A stretch of DNA of 64,000 nucleotides from Escherichia coli (GTDB taxonomy: Bacteria; Pseudomonadota; Gammaproteobacteria; Enterobacterales; Enterobacteriaceae): the NCBI RefSeq assembly GCF_022846255.1, contig NZ_AP025682.1. The stretch is one strand, 5' to 3'. Below the pieces are notes generated by a model that worked only from the letters and a program-made list of their open reading frames with translations, was not told where the DNA came from and did no database searches. This document shows, one piece after another, positions 9,232 to 22,653 of the stretch. Numbering within the stretch: position 1 is the first letter of the stretch; each line of letters opens with the position of its first letter. A program made the translations under genes and the position numbers.

Positions 9232-10086
9232 TCAGGGTGCAAGCTGTCTGACCCTTTCCCGATATTCTCCCGGAGTACAACCAAACTCGCGGACAAACGC
9301 CTTGTGAAAAGATGATTCACTGGCATAGCCTACTGACTCAGCGATCACCACAACAGGGAGCATTTCCCGGGAAAACATCTGGGCCGCTATTTGTAGACGC
9401 AACTTTGTTAATACAGCCAGCGGCGTGGTTCCGGAAACATCACGGAAAAGCTGGGCAAAACTTGCCCGGGACATGTGGGCGATGCTGGCCAGCGATTCGA
9501 CGGTCCAGGCGTGTCCTGGCATTTCCAGCATTTGCTGTATTACCGCACCAAGACGTGGATGCAGAAGCAAACTGAGAATGTTTTTCTCTGTATTAACCTG
9601 TGCAATCCACTCACGCACCGCGAGGGTAAAGAATGTAGCGCAGATCTGGCTACACAGAGCATCCACTCCCGGCATTGCCGATCTGGATTCCTGTTGTAAA
9701 AACGGGATCGCCTCCCTCAGCCAGTTATATTCCACGCTATGGTTCACTGGTGCTACAAACAGCGTTTCCGGCAAAGATGTTAAAAAATAACGCGCCGAAT
9801 GTTGCAGCCGAAGAGTGCCACAGACAATACAGGTCGATTCATTATCGACATGACTCAGGCGATGAGCTGAATTTTGTGGTAGCAGGACCACATTTCCCGG
9901 GCGTAATCTAAAAATCTCCCCCGTCGGCATTTCCAGCTTCGCCGCTCCTTGCGTTAACGCATGCCAACGAATAACCGACAATTCCCCGGCACCATGTGGA
10001 AGTTGCCAGTCACTTCCTAACACGCAATTCTTATCGATCGTTCCTTGTGGAGCGTTAAGCATCAACAAACGGCTAAGGGCATCCAT
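9232..10086 (-). CDS. rclR: AraC-family regulator RclR (reactive chlorine response)
   Basis: 284 aa from MDALSRLLMLNAPQG with AGGAG SD; C-terminal AraC HTH; divergent from rclA. Confidence 0.85.
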   Translation of the reverse strand: MDALSRLLMLNAPQGTIDKNCVLGSDWQLPHGAGELSVIRWHALTQGAAKLEMPTGEIFRLRPGNVVLLPQNSAHRLSHVDNESTCIVCGTLRLQHSARYFLTSLPETLFVAPVNHSVEYNWLREAIPFLQQESRSAMPGVDALCSQICATFFTLAVREWIAQVNTEKNILSLLLHPRLGAVIQQMLEMPGHAWTVESLASIAHMSRASFAQLFRDVSGTTPLAVLTKLRLQIAAQMFSREMLPVVVIAESVGYASESSFHKAFVREFGCTPGEYRERVRQLAP

Positions 10087-10312
10087 ATCAGACTCCTGAG
10101 TGGTTTTTTGATTACAAACACCAACAATCTTAGCCAATAATTAATCTAATACCATCAAATAGTTAATCATGATTTTTGTTTTGTGATTCTGATTAAGAAA
10201 AAGAAAATACCAGACGATAAGACAAAATATCAAGCGTTGTGAAGAAATGTTATTTGCTCTTTTGCGTCTATAGTCATGATGTCAAATGAACGCGTTTCGA
10301 CAGGAAATCATC

Positions 10313-11638
10313 ATGAATAAATATCAGGCAGTTATTATTGGTTTTGGCAAGGCTGGAAAAACATTAGCCGTCACGCTGGCAAAAGCAGGTTGGCGTGTGG
10401 CTCTCATCGAACAATCAAATGCAATGTATGGCGGGACCTGTATTAATATCGGCTGTATCCCAACCAAAACATTGGTTCATGACGCACAGCAGCACACAGA
10501 TTTTGTCCGTGCCATACAGCGTAAAAATGAAGTGGTTAATTTTTTACGTAATAAGAATTTTCATAATCTTGCGGATATGCCCAATATCGACGTGATCGAC
10601 GGCCAGGCGGAGTTTATCAATAATCATAGCCTGCGTGTTCATCGGCCTGGGGGAAATCTGGAGATTCATGGCGAGAAAATTTTTATTAATACCGGTGCAC
10701 AAGCCGTGGTTCCGCCAATTCCTGGAATTACCACCACGCCTGGTGTATATGACAGCACCGGATTACTTAATCTAAAAGAATTGCCTGGGCATTTAGGTAT
10801 TTTGGGCGGCGGATATATTGGCGTTGAGTTCGCCTCTATGTTCGCTAATTTTGGCAGCAAAGTAACCATTTTAGAGGCAGCTTCGCTGTTTTTGCCTCGG
10901 GAAGATCGGGATATTGCTGATAATATCGCGACGATTTTACGCGATCAGGGCGTCGATATAATCCTCAATGCCCATGTGGAGCGAATCAGTCACCATGAAA
11001 ATCAAGTGCAAGTGCATAGCGAGCACGCCCAACTGGCGGTGGATGCACTGTTAATAGCTTCCGGTCGTCAACCGGCTACCGCTTCGTTACATCCAGAAAA
11101 TGCAGGTATCGCAGTAAACGAGCGCGGGGCAATTGTCGTTGACAAGCAATTACATACCACCGCAAACAATATTTGGGCGATGGGAGATGTTACCGGCGGG
11201 CTGCAATTTACTTACATTTCACTGGATGATTACCGCATTGTGCGTGATGAGTTGCTGGGAGAAGGCAGACGTAGTACTGATGATCGGAAAAATGTGCCTT
11301 ATTCCGTATTCATGACACCGCCACTGTCCAGGGTTGGTATGACAGAAGAACAGGCCAGAGAGAGTGGTGCTGATATTCAGGTGGTGACATTGCCTGTAGC
11401 TGCAATTCCGCGTGCCAGAGTGATGAATGATACTCGTGGGGTATTAAAAGCGATTGTTGATAATAAAACCCAACGTATATTAGGGGCATCACTGCTGTGT
11501 GTTGACTCCCACGAGATGATCAATATAGTGAAAATGGTGATGGATGCCGGGCTGCCTTATAGCATATTACGCGATCAGATATTTACTCATCCGTCGATGA
11601 GCGAATCACTCAATGATCTATTTTCATTAGTCAAATAA
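10313..11638 (+). CDS. rclA: Pyridine nucleotide-disulfide oxidoreductase RclA
   Basis: 441 aa; FAD motif GFGKAGK and redox-active CINIGCIPTK. Confidence 0.85.
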   Translation: MNKYQAVIIGFGKAGKTLAVTLAKAGWRVALIEQSNAMYGGTCINIGCIPTKTLVHDAQQHTDFVRAIQRKNEVVNFLRNKNFHNLADMPNIDVIDGQAEFINNHSLRVHRPGGNLEIHGEKIFINTGAQAVVPPIPGITTTPGVYDSTGLLNLKELPGHLGILGGGYIGVEFASMFANFGSKVTILEAASLFLPREDRDIADNIATILRDQGVDIILNAHVERISHHENQVQVHSEHAQLAVDALLIASGRQPATASLHPENAGIAVNERGAIVVDKQLHTTANNIWAMGDVTGGLQFTYISLDDYRIVRDELLGEGRRSTDDRKNVPYSVFMTPPLSRVGMTEEQARESGADIQVVTLPVAAIPRARVMNDTRGVLKAIVDNKTQRILGASLLCVDSHEMINIVKMVMDAGLPYSILRDQIFTHPSMSESLNDLFSLVK

Positions 11639-11746
11639 ACTCAAAATCAGACGCCAGAACAAATATTCTGGCGTCTCAGAGAAAAGAATCTTATTAATTC
11701 CCTGTTACTTTATAACTTCTTAATCACTTCATTGATGGTATTTTAT

Positions 11747-11983
11747 ATGTTTAAAAAATCTGTTTTATTTGCAACACTATTATCTGGCGTTATGGCATTT
11801 TCCACCAATGCAGATGATAAAATAATTCTGAAACATATCAGCGTCTCATCAGTATCAGCATCACCGACAGTTCTTGAGAATGCCATTGCTGATATGGCCA
11901 GAAAATATAATGCTTCATCCTGGAAAGTTACATCGATGCGAATTGATAATAATTCAACCGCAACAGCAGTATTGTATAAATAA
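11747..11983 (+). CDS. rclB: Small periplasmic protein RclB
   Basis: 78 aa with signal peptide MFKKSVLFATLLSGVMAFSTNA (track ORF extends upstream to TTG 11732). Confidence 0.7.
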   Translation: MFKKSVLFATLLSGVMAFSTNADDKIILKHISVSSVSASPTVLENAIADMARKYNASSWKVTSMRIDNNSTATAVLYK

Positions 11984-11994
11984 GGATGTTTACA

Positions 11995-12588
11995 ATGGAA
12001 AGATACCTGCACCTGTTAAGTCGGGGAGATAAAATTGGCCTGACATTGATTCGTCTGAGTATTGCGATTGTTTTTATGTGGATTGGGTTATTAAAGTTTG
12101 TCCCTTACGAGGCAGACAGCATTACACCATTCGTCGCAAACAGTCCACTAATGTCGTTCTTTTATGAACACCCGGAAGACTATAAACAGCATCTGACTCA
12201 CGAAGGCGAATACAAACCAGAAGCAAGAGCATGGCAAACGGCTAATAATACCTATGGTTTTTCCAACGGTCTTGGCGTCGTGGAGGTGATTATTGCTCTG
12301 CTGGTTTTGGCTAATCCTGTCAATCGCTGGTTAGGTTTATTGGGTGGGCTGATGGCATTTACCACGCCGCTGGTAACACTCTCATTTTTAATCACCACCC
12401 CGGAGGCATGGGTACCCGCATTGGGTGACGCTCATCATGGTTTCCCTTATTTATCCGGTGCTGGTCGTCTGGTATTGAAAGATACTCTGATGCTGGCAGG
12501 TGCTGTCATGATAATGGCAGATTCGGCGCGGGATATTCTTAAACAACGCAGTAATGAATCCAGTTCAACGTTAAAAACTGAATATTGA
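11995..12588 (+). CDS. rclC: Inner-membrane protein RclC
   Basis: 197 aa from MERYLHLLSRGDK; AAGGA SD 8 nt upstream; multiple TM segments. Confidence 0.8.
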   Translation: MERYLHLLSRGDKIGLTLIRLSIAIVFMWIGLLKFVPYEADSITPFVANSPLMSFFYEHPEDYKQHLTHEGEYKPEARAWQTANNTYGFSNGLGVVEVIIALLVLANPVNRWLGLLGGLMAFTTPLVTLSFLITTPEAWVPALGDAHHGFPYLSGAGRLVLKDTLMLAGAVMIMADSARDILKQRSNESSSTLKTEY

Positions 12589-12747
12589 TAATCCGAACAC
12601 TGTCTGTTGTTCACTTTTTCAGGCGTCAGGCCCCCTTTCTGTTGATGAAGCCTGACGCCATATTACCGGAGATATGACAGAGTGAAGATCAATATCACTC
12701 CCCTGTTAAAAAATTTTTGTCGTCTCAGGTAAAATAAGTGATTAATA

Positions 12748-13632
12748 TCAATCATGTATTTTTACAGCAAGACAACCACGAACAAACTCAGGATTAAAAT
12801 GTTTTACCGATTCCCCAACATAACCTAAATCTAGCGAACTAATTTGCGCCATTTCTTTCTCTGTCAGTGAGAAATCCCAGATAGCAAAATTTTCTTCGAT
12901 ACGCTGTTGATGTGTTGATTTCGGAATAACGACCACTCCCCGTTGAATATTCCAACGCAGAATGACCTGAGAAATCGATTTTTGATGGGCATCTGCAATA
13001 CTCTGAAGCAGATTATTTTCAAAGGGTTTATGTCGTCCACCACCTAACGGAGCCCATGCTTCAGGCTGCACGTTATAATACTTCATGGTTGCCAGCGCCT
13101 CTGGTTGGGCAAAATAGGGATGCAACTCGACCTGGTTGACCATCGGTTTAACTCTTACCGTTTCACAAAAGTTCGCCAGAACATGAGGGTAGAAATTGGA
13201 AACCCCAATCGCTTTTAATTTGCCCTCTTCATAGGCATCTTCGAGTGCACGCCACGCACTAAAATAATCGCGCATGGCCTGGTGCAATAAATAGAGATCG
13301 AAGTATTCTAGCCCCGATTTTTTTAATGATGCTTCAATACCTGCTGCTGCAATATCCTGATTCAACATATCCTGCACCCACAATTTAGACGTTATAAATA
13401 ACTCTTCTCGGGTACATAAACCTTCAGATATGGCTTCACGAACGGCTTCACCGACGGCATCTTCATTACCGTATACCGCTGCAGTGTCGATGAGTCGATA
13501 ACCCGTGCGGATAGCATTCAACACTGACTGTTTGCACACGTCTTTATCGGTAACCTGAAAAACACCAAATCCCATCATCGGCATTTTCAGATTGTTACTT
13601 AATACGGAAAATTCCACTGTCAGTCCCTCCAT
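12748..13632 (-). CDS. Aldo-keto reductase (intact counterpart of the K-12 ykgQ fragment by position)
   Basis: AKR family (PMMGFGVFQ..., LIDTAAVYGNE, ...IPKS...); start uncertain (ATG 13632, or GTG/ATG a few codons in). Confidence 0.75.
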   Translation of the reverse strand: MEGLTVEFSVLSNNLKMPMMGFGVFQVTDKDVCKQSVLNAIRTGYRLIDTAAVYGNEDAVGEAVREAISEGLCTREELFITSKLWVQDMLNQDIAAAGIEASLKKSGLEYFDLYLLHQAMRDYFSAWRALEDAYEEGKLKAIGVSNFYPHVLANFCETVRVKPMVNQVELHPYFAQPEALATMKYYNVQPEAWAPLGGGRHKPFENNLLQSIADAHQKSISQVILRWNIQRGVVVIPKSTHQQRIEENFAIWDFSLTEKEMAQISSLDLGYVGESVKHFNPEFVRGCLAVKIHD

Positions 13633-13864
13633 TAGGTATGAACAATGAGTCTACGTTAAAACGTAACCTCAAATTAGTATGTGGATTTTGATATCACTTA
13701 TGCAAAAAATTCATTAATAATGTAGGACTGAAACCTCTCTATTTTTGGGGCAATGAAGCAGACGCTATCAGTGCTTTTGCCTTGGGACTTGCTGTTTTTG
13801 ATACACTTAGGGCCCAGGACATAACGAAAATGTGCGATATGACAAAGAATTAACGGAGTATGTG

Positions 13865-14722
13865 ATGATCAGGCAGAAGATTCTACAGCAGCTCCTGGAG
13901 TGGATTGAGTGCAATCTTGAGCACCCTATTTCAATCGAAGATATCGCACAGAAATCTGGCTACAGCAGACGCAACATCCAGCTTCTGTTCCGAAATTTCA
14001 TGCATGTGCCTTTGGGAGAATACATTCGCAAACGAAGGCTTTGTCGTGCCGCCATTCTTGTCCGGCTCTCCGCGAAATCTATGCTTGATATTGCACTCTC
14101 TTTGCATTTTGATTCACAGCAGTCATTCAGCCGCGAATTTAAAAAGTTATTCGGCTGCTCTCCCCGTGAATACCGCCACCGTGATTATTGGGATCTCGCA
14201 AATATCTTCCCTTCTTTTTTAATACGTCAACAGCAAAAGACGGAGTGTAGATTAGTCAACTTTCCTGAGACACCTATTTTTGGCAATTCATTTAAATATG
14301 ATATTGAAGTGTCGAATAAATTACCGGATGAAGAAGTCAAACTGCGACGTCATCATTTAGTCAGATGTATGAAGAATTTTAAGACGGATATCTATTTCGT
14401 CTCCACGTTCGAACCATCAACAAAATCGGTCGATTTGCTCACAGTTGAAACTTTTGCCGGTACGGTATGCAAACAAACCGATTCAGAGATGCCGAAAGAG
14501 TGGACAATTAACCGAGGACTGTATGCCTCTTTCCGCTATGAAGGTGAGTGGGAGCACTACCCTGAATGGGCGCGAAACCTCTATCTGATGGAATTACCTG
14601 CCAGGGGGTTAGCCAGAGTGAACGGCAGTGATATTGAGCGATTTTATTACAATGAAAACTTCGTCGAAATTGATAGCAATAACATTGTTTGCGAAATTTT
14701 TATCCCCGTTCGCCCGGTTTAG
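13865..14722 (+). CDS. ykgA: AraC/Rob-like regulator: N-terminal AraC HTH plus C-terminal GyrI-like domain
   Basis: 285 aa from MIRQKILQQLLEWIECNLEHPISIEDIAQKSGYSRRNIQLLFRNF... (Rob/SoxS-like); GGAG SD. Confidence 0.7.
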   Translation: MIRQKILQQLLEWIECNLEHPISIEDIAQKSGYSRRNIQLLFRNFMHVPLGEYIRKRRLCRAAILVRLSAKSMLDIALSLHFDSQQSFSREFKKLFGCSPREYRHRDYWDLANIFPSFLIRQQQKTECRLVNFPETPIFGNSFKYDIEVSNKLPDEEVKLRRHHLVRCMKNFKTDIYFVSTFEPSTKSVDLLTVETFAGTVCKQTDSEMPKEWTINRGLYASFRYEGEWEHYPEWARNLYLMELPARGLARVNGSDIERFYYNENFVEIDSNNIVCEIFIPVRPV

Positions 14723-14846
14723 CCTGTAACTCCATCACATAAGATTTACCCTACCCTGCCACCGTCTAATCGGTACCAGGGTAGGTATTCAGTAAATAAT
14801 GGCGCTGCGCATGTCAACGCCATTATTATTTATTACATCGTCGTTT

Positions 14847-17800
14847 TTATTTCTCCTCAGCGCCTTCAGTATCTGCAGGAACGGCGTTAATTGTCACAGT
14901 CACTGGTTTCATTTCATACCCTCCATATGTCAAAGAGTTGAATGTGAATGTGTATGTACCTGGCTTGTTGGTACTAAATGTACGCGTGATTTTCCCGCTC
15001 GCGAAATGGTCATTTTTCGACGGCAGGAACTGATAATCCGCCTCTGTCACCCCTTCCGGAGCCTCAATGTCGACCCACATGGTTCCTCCTACGGGGTTGA
15101 CACCCGACATCAGAGTAACCGTCAGTGTTGCAGTAGTCTTCCCGTCCGCCACCAGAGAATCTACACGCTCTGGAGATGCAGCGAGCACCGCGTTTTTATC
15201 ATCCGCGACGAATTTAGATTCGGCAGTTTTCGTCGATTCCTGACCGTCGGCCTGTTCCACTTTCGCCGTGAGTGTATATGTCGCTGCGACAGTGGTCGTG
15301 GCGGTGAAAATAGCCTGCCCTTGCTCATTCGTTGTCGCCGTCCCATTGGGAGTCAGAACTAAATTTTCCGGGCTGGCAGTCAGCGTCACTTCGCTATCTT
15401 TCAGCAGGTTGTTATTGGCATCAGTCACCGTAACTTTATACGTCTGTTTGGTTTTGCCGTCCGCCACTGCACGGTTGCCAATCACCTCAATACTGGAGAT
15501 GGTCGCCGTAGTCTTATCAGCCACAAACGTTACAGACTGCGCATTCGAAGGCTGGTCATTTCCTGCTGACGCCGTGATCTCATAGGTTCCGGCAGTCACG
15601 GAAACCACTTTCAGTTCCGCTTTACCCTCCTTGTCGGCGTTCACCATGATATTACCGTCTGCAAGCGGTTTGACGCCCCGAGGCAGATTAAAGACGACCA
15701 CAGCGCCAGGAAGAAGGTTGCCGTATTGATCCTTAACCGTTGCCGTCAGCGTAAAGGCATCTTTGCCGTTTGCCACTTTTTGAGCAGCGGCGTCTACCTC
15801 CAGGCTCGCCTGACCGGTACTGAAATCCGCCTTGAATTTCACCTTGACCGTCTTCTGAGAGTTTTTCACCGAGGCCTCGATCTCAAGTTCCCCTGCAACC
15901 GTTGACATAAGCTCAATGTCCACTTTCCCTGCCGCATTGGTTGTTACTGTATTCCCCGTCTTGCTGGTCACACCCTGCGGTAAAGTCAGCGTAACTTCTT
16001 GCCCCTGCAACGGGTTACCATAGCTGTCCACGACGGTCAGGGTTATCTGGTTAGCAGACTGTCCATTAGCCAGTTGGTTATTAACCTTCACTGTCATATC
16101 ACGAATCTCAGCCTTAGATGCGTCACCTGCAACATTCAGCACCAGTGGCTGAGCAACGGCATTTTGGCCGTTCACTCGCGGCATCACAGACAACTGACCC
16201 GCGGCAGATCCCAGCGTTAAGGTCGACACGTAGACCCCATTACCTTTCTCTGTCCAGTTTCCTGCTGAAGGACGCTCACTCCCCGTGCTGGCGGCACCAC
16301 TAAACACTGGTGCATCTGGCTTCAGCCCGGTGACCGGATTCCCGTACGCATCCTTCACGGTGAAGGTGAGTTCCGTCGTCGTTTTAACCGTTGGAGTTTT
16401 ATTGTCCGCAACAAGCGTAGAGTTCGCTGATGACATCTCTCCGGCAATAACAGTCAGCTGCGCGGCTTCGGTGGCTGCAGGCTGGCCGTTGAAGAGCGGC
16501 ATGACACGAAGCTCGCCCGTCTTTCCGCCTGTAGTTAACGTAGCAACATAGGAACCGTCACCTTTTTCGGTCCAACTGGAAACGGTCGCCCCTTCAGAGG
16601 CGGTCCCCGTCAAACTTGCCGACAACGAAAGACCACTGATAGCGTTGCCATGCGCATCTTTCGCCACCAGCGTTACGGTTGTGCTTTCACCGGCTTTTAC
16701 GTGATCTTCTGCGACAGAGACTTTCGACTGGTTTGAAGATAATGCATCAGCCACCACGGTTACTTTTGCCGCATTTGCTGCCGCGTCCTGCCCATTGAGC
16801 TTCGGCATAACGTCTAATTCACCCGCCGTAGTGCCGAGAGAAATCTGCGCAGTCCAGGTCCCGTCGCCATTATCCGTCCAGCCTGATGCCGTAGAACCAG
16901 CAGCAGCTGCGCCCGATAATGACGGTGCATCCGGATTGAGGCTGGTCACAGGGTTGTCATAGGCATCTTTTGCCGTCCAGATTGCCGTAACTGTACCGCC
17001 AACCACCGGTTTATCAGGATTCAGTGTGATGGACGAATGTGCTGCATCAAGCGGCCCGGCAACAAACTTCAGCGTTTGTTGTAACGTGCCCAGCTGATAC
17101 TGCTCGCTGAAGGCACGCACAACAACGTTCCCGGCACGGGTCGAAGAAACCGTGGCGCTGTAACCCCCTGGTTTTATTTCCGAAATGGCACCAACGGTTA
17201 CACCATTAGCGTCTTGCGGAACAAGTCGCAGGCGGCTGGCTTCTCCCGTCACCGGATTACCCTCGGAGTCCACCGCTGTCAGTGTCAGCGTGTAGGCTTG
17301 CTGACCATCAGCAACCACATCACCTGACGGCTCGTTAGCGCTCAGGGTGGAGTTTGCCACATCCATCATCGTGGCCCGCAGTTCTGCAGTGACAGTTTTG
17401 CTCATGTCATCAACGCTAACAGTAATCGTTGCCTCACCTGACTGCGTTCCGGTAGTAAAGACAGACTGATACACCCCTGCTTCAGTTTCGGTGAACTCAC
17501 CCAGTGTTGGCTTTGCCTGTGATTTAGTGGCCTTCAGGGTACGAGTCACAATATTTCCAGCCGGTTTGAAGGTTAGTTCAGTCTTGATCTGATCTTTCAT
17601 GCCCGTGACTGGCTGGCCCTCGGCGTCGCGCAGAGACAGCACCAGCGGCTTTTGCTCATTACCGTTAGCAAGCATTTGAATACGGCTCTGACCGTCAAGC
17701 GTTAACGCCGTACGATCGGCGCTCATACCAGCTCCGCTAATAACTACTTCTGTCTGCACACGTTTCGAGGCATTGCCTTTGTTATCGTAGGCAATCGCTG

Positions 17801-19097
17801 AAATCGCATAATAATTGTCTTTGCCTGCCTGATAAGCCGGGAGCGTCACTTGCCACTGGTTGCCCTGCCCCGTAATTTTTCCGCCTGCGGCCAGCAAAGA
17901 CGGCGCTTCCCATTGCACATTTTTCAGACCGTGAGTTGCTTTGCTGACCACAAGCCCCAGGGAAACCGTCTGGCCGCCCTTGCCTTCAATACGCTCAGGC
18001 AGAGCAATACGGATCACTTCAGATTTGCGATACTCAAGAACGATATTGTTATTACGCTCAACCAGGTCATAGCGGCTGCCTGCCAGCATTCGACGCTCGC
18101 GAATGCTGTCTGTATCGAGTTGTTTTTCCAGAGGTTCGCCAATCCGATAATTAACTTCCAGGCCAAAGCGAGTGTCATTCTCACCACTCTTGCCCTGCTT
18201 ATGCCCGGCACTCAGGGTCAGAAGAGGCACTGGCGTGTAATTCACTTCAGCGGTAATCGCATGTGGATCTTTCTGGCGTTTATCTTTACCAAACAGCCCG
18301 ACTTCATCGCCATAATACTGTTCATACATCAGGCTTGCGCCAAGCTGCGGCCAGGCGGGTAAATAGCCCTCAGCACGAATATCCCAGCCATTCGCCGGGC
18401 GTTCCTGATAATCCTCAACATCCGGCGATTTTTTCCAGCCAGAAGCCCGGATATAACCATTGGCGCTCAGTTTCAAATAATCACGCCAGTATTCCGCACC
18501 AACACCAATGCGGGTATGACTACGGGATAAATCATGATCGATAAAAGTATTCACCCCCGCCATCCAGTCATTTTCTGAAAAATGACGCCAGCCAAAACCA
18601 ATATTTGACTGAGTACGATCGTCGGTACGATGTATTGCCCCCTGAGTGAACAACATATTTGTCGGTGTATCATAAATCGGATAAAGCATTTCCAGCGAAG
18701 AGTCCTTCAGCGAGAAATTTTTATCGACATTCAGTTTGACGCGCGCAGTACCGTATTTCCCGAGCCACTCCTGAATTTCCTGGTTAGCTTTAGCGGTGGC
18801 CATTCCGGTAATAAAGTTACGTGTCGCATCGCTATCTGGCTGACTGCTTAAAAATGTCCCGGCATTAGCGGCAAGCGACGCGACATTTTTCTCCACGTTA
18901 TTATCAGCAGTTACCGTAGTATTTTCCATGCTCAACCGTGGCTGAACCGCATGCTGCGCACGTGCCGCCATTACTGGGGTAAAGGTGACAGCGAGTGGAA
19001 AAAGAACCTGAACAGAGATATTTGCCCACGCCACGCAGCGGGCCAGAACTGAATAACGAAATTGTGGTTGTTTATGACCTATTTTATAACGTGACAT
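14847..19097 (-). CDS. eaeH: Intimin/invasin-family outer-membrane adhesin EaeH/FdeC, full length (1416 aa)
   Basis: N-terminal signal plus inverse-autotransporter beta-barrel, then many tandem bacterial Ig-like domains; uninterrupted here. Confidence 0.85.
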   Translation of the reverse strand: MSRYKIGHKQPQFRYSVLARCVAWANISVQVLFPLAVTFTPVMAARAQHAVQPRLSMENTTVTADNNVEKNVASLAANAGTFLSSQPDSDATRNFITGMATAKANQEIQEWLGKYGTARVKLNVDKNFSLKDSSLEMLYPIYDTPTNMLFTQGAIHRTDDRTQSNIGFGWRHFSENDWMAGVNTFIDHDLSRSHTRIGVGAEYWRDYLKLSANGYIRASGWKKSPDVEDYQERPANGWDIRAEGYLPAWPQLGASLMYEQYYGDEVGLFGKDKRQKDPHAITAEVNYTPVPLLTLSAGHKQGKSGENDTRFGLEVNYRIGEPLEKQLDTDSIRERRMLAGSRYDLVERNNNIVLEYRKSEVIRIALPERIEGKGGQTVSLGLVVSKATHGLKNVQWEAPSLLAAGGKITGQGNQWQVTLPAYQAGKDNYYAISAIAYDNKGNASKRVQTEVVISGAGMSADRTALTLDGQSRIQMLANGNEQKPLVLSLRDAEGQPVTGMKDQIKTELTFKPAGNIVTRTLKATKSQAKPTLGEFTETEAGVYQSVFTTGTQSGEATITVSVDDMSKTVTAELRATMMDVANSTLSANEPSGDVVADGQQAYTLTLTAVDSEGNPVTGEASRLRLVPQDANGVTVGAISEIKPGGYSATVSSTRAGNVVVRAFSEQYQLGTLQQTLKFVAGPLDAAHSSITLNPDKPVVGGTVTAIWTAKDAYDNPVTSLNPDAPSLSGAAAAGSTASGWTDNGDGTWTAQISLGTTAGELDVMPKLNGQDAAANAAKVTVVADALSSNQSKVSVAEDHVKAGESTTVTLVAKDAHGNAISGLSLSASLTGTASEGATVSSWTEKGDGSYVATLTTGGKTGELRVMPLFNGQPAATEAAQLTVIAGEMSSANSTLVADNKTPTVKTTTELTFTVKDAYGNPVTGLKPDAPVFSGAASTGSERPSAGNWTEKGNGVYVSTLTLGSAAGQLSVMPRVNGQNAVAQPLVLNVAGDASKAEIRDMTVKVNNQLANGQSANQITLTVVDSYGNPLQGQEVTLTLPQGVTSKTGNTVTTNAAGKVDIELMSTVAGELEIEASVKNSQKTVKVKFKADFSTGQASLEVDAAAQKVANGKDAFTLTATVKDQYGNLLPGAVVVFNLPRGVKPLADGNIMVNADKEGKAELKVVSVTAGTYEITASAGNDQPSNAQSVTFVADKTTATISSIEVIGNRAVADGKTKQTYKVTVTDANNNLLKDSEVTLTASPENLVLTPNGTATTNEQGQAIFTATTTVAATYTLTAKVEQADGQESTKTAESKFVADDKNAVLAASPERVDSLVADGKTTATLTVTLMSGVNPVGGTMWVDIEAPEGVTEADYQFLPSKNDHFASGKITRTFSTNKPGTYTFTFNSLTYGGYEMKPVTVTINAVPADTEGAEEK

Positions 19098-19647
19098 TGA
19101 GATAATTTCCTGATGAACGAATTAACGAACATAGGCAGACACAAATAATGGCGTCTGCTTGTCAGAAAAACCGGGGATTTCCCGGTTTCCTTTTCCGCAG
19201 AAAAGGAAATACCTTTATGTAAGAAAGTACACCGCCACCTAATATATCCAGTGCCTGTAGCCACTCATCAGGTGGTTGGGCGCGGGATTATATTTTTATT
19301 TATGGGTGAAAATTTAGCTTTTTGTGCAAGTCATTAAATAGATACCTAAGTTATATTTCTTACTCTGCGGACAGTGAATAATTCATTATTCAGAGTGAAT
19401 AATAATGACCTGCCTTTAATTAGCAACTATTGGAAATACGTCGAAGTAGGTATATACGCCAGGATAAACCGATATATTTTTTATGGATATTCATTTTCCT
19501 TCATCAGACTGTGAATTGCAGGGATATCGAACTTGCACGACTCATCGCAACACTCAAACAGATTTATGAATTTCGTTCATAACCCCTGACAAATCCTGCC
19601 GTCTAATCGAGCTTTTCCCTTTACGTTATGCTTCTCATGAACGATAA

Positions 19648-22571
<2,924 letters not shown>

Positions 22572-22653
22572 CTAAACTTTCAGGAGATTTATTATGAATA
22601 AACGTATCCTCACGATTGCGCCATTCTTCTTACCGATATTCTGACACACATCA

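Noticed and set aside
14799-15362. 187-aa plus-strand ORF overlapping the 3' end of eaeH
   Set aside because: Cys/Arg-rich antisense translation of the adhesin gene; no motif.
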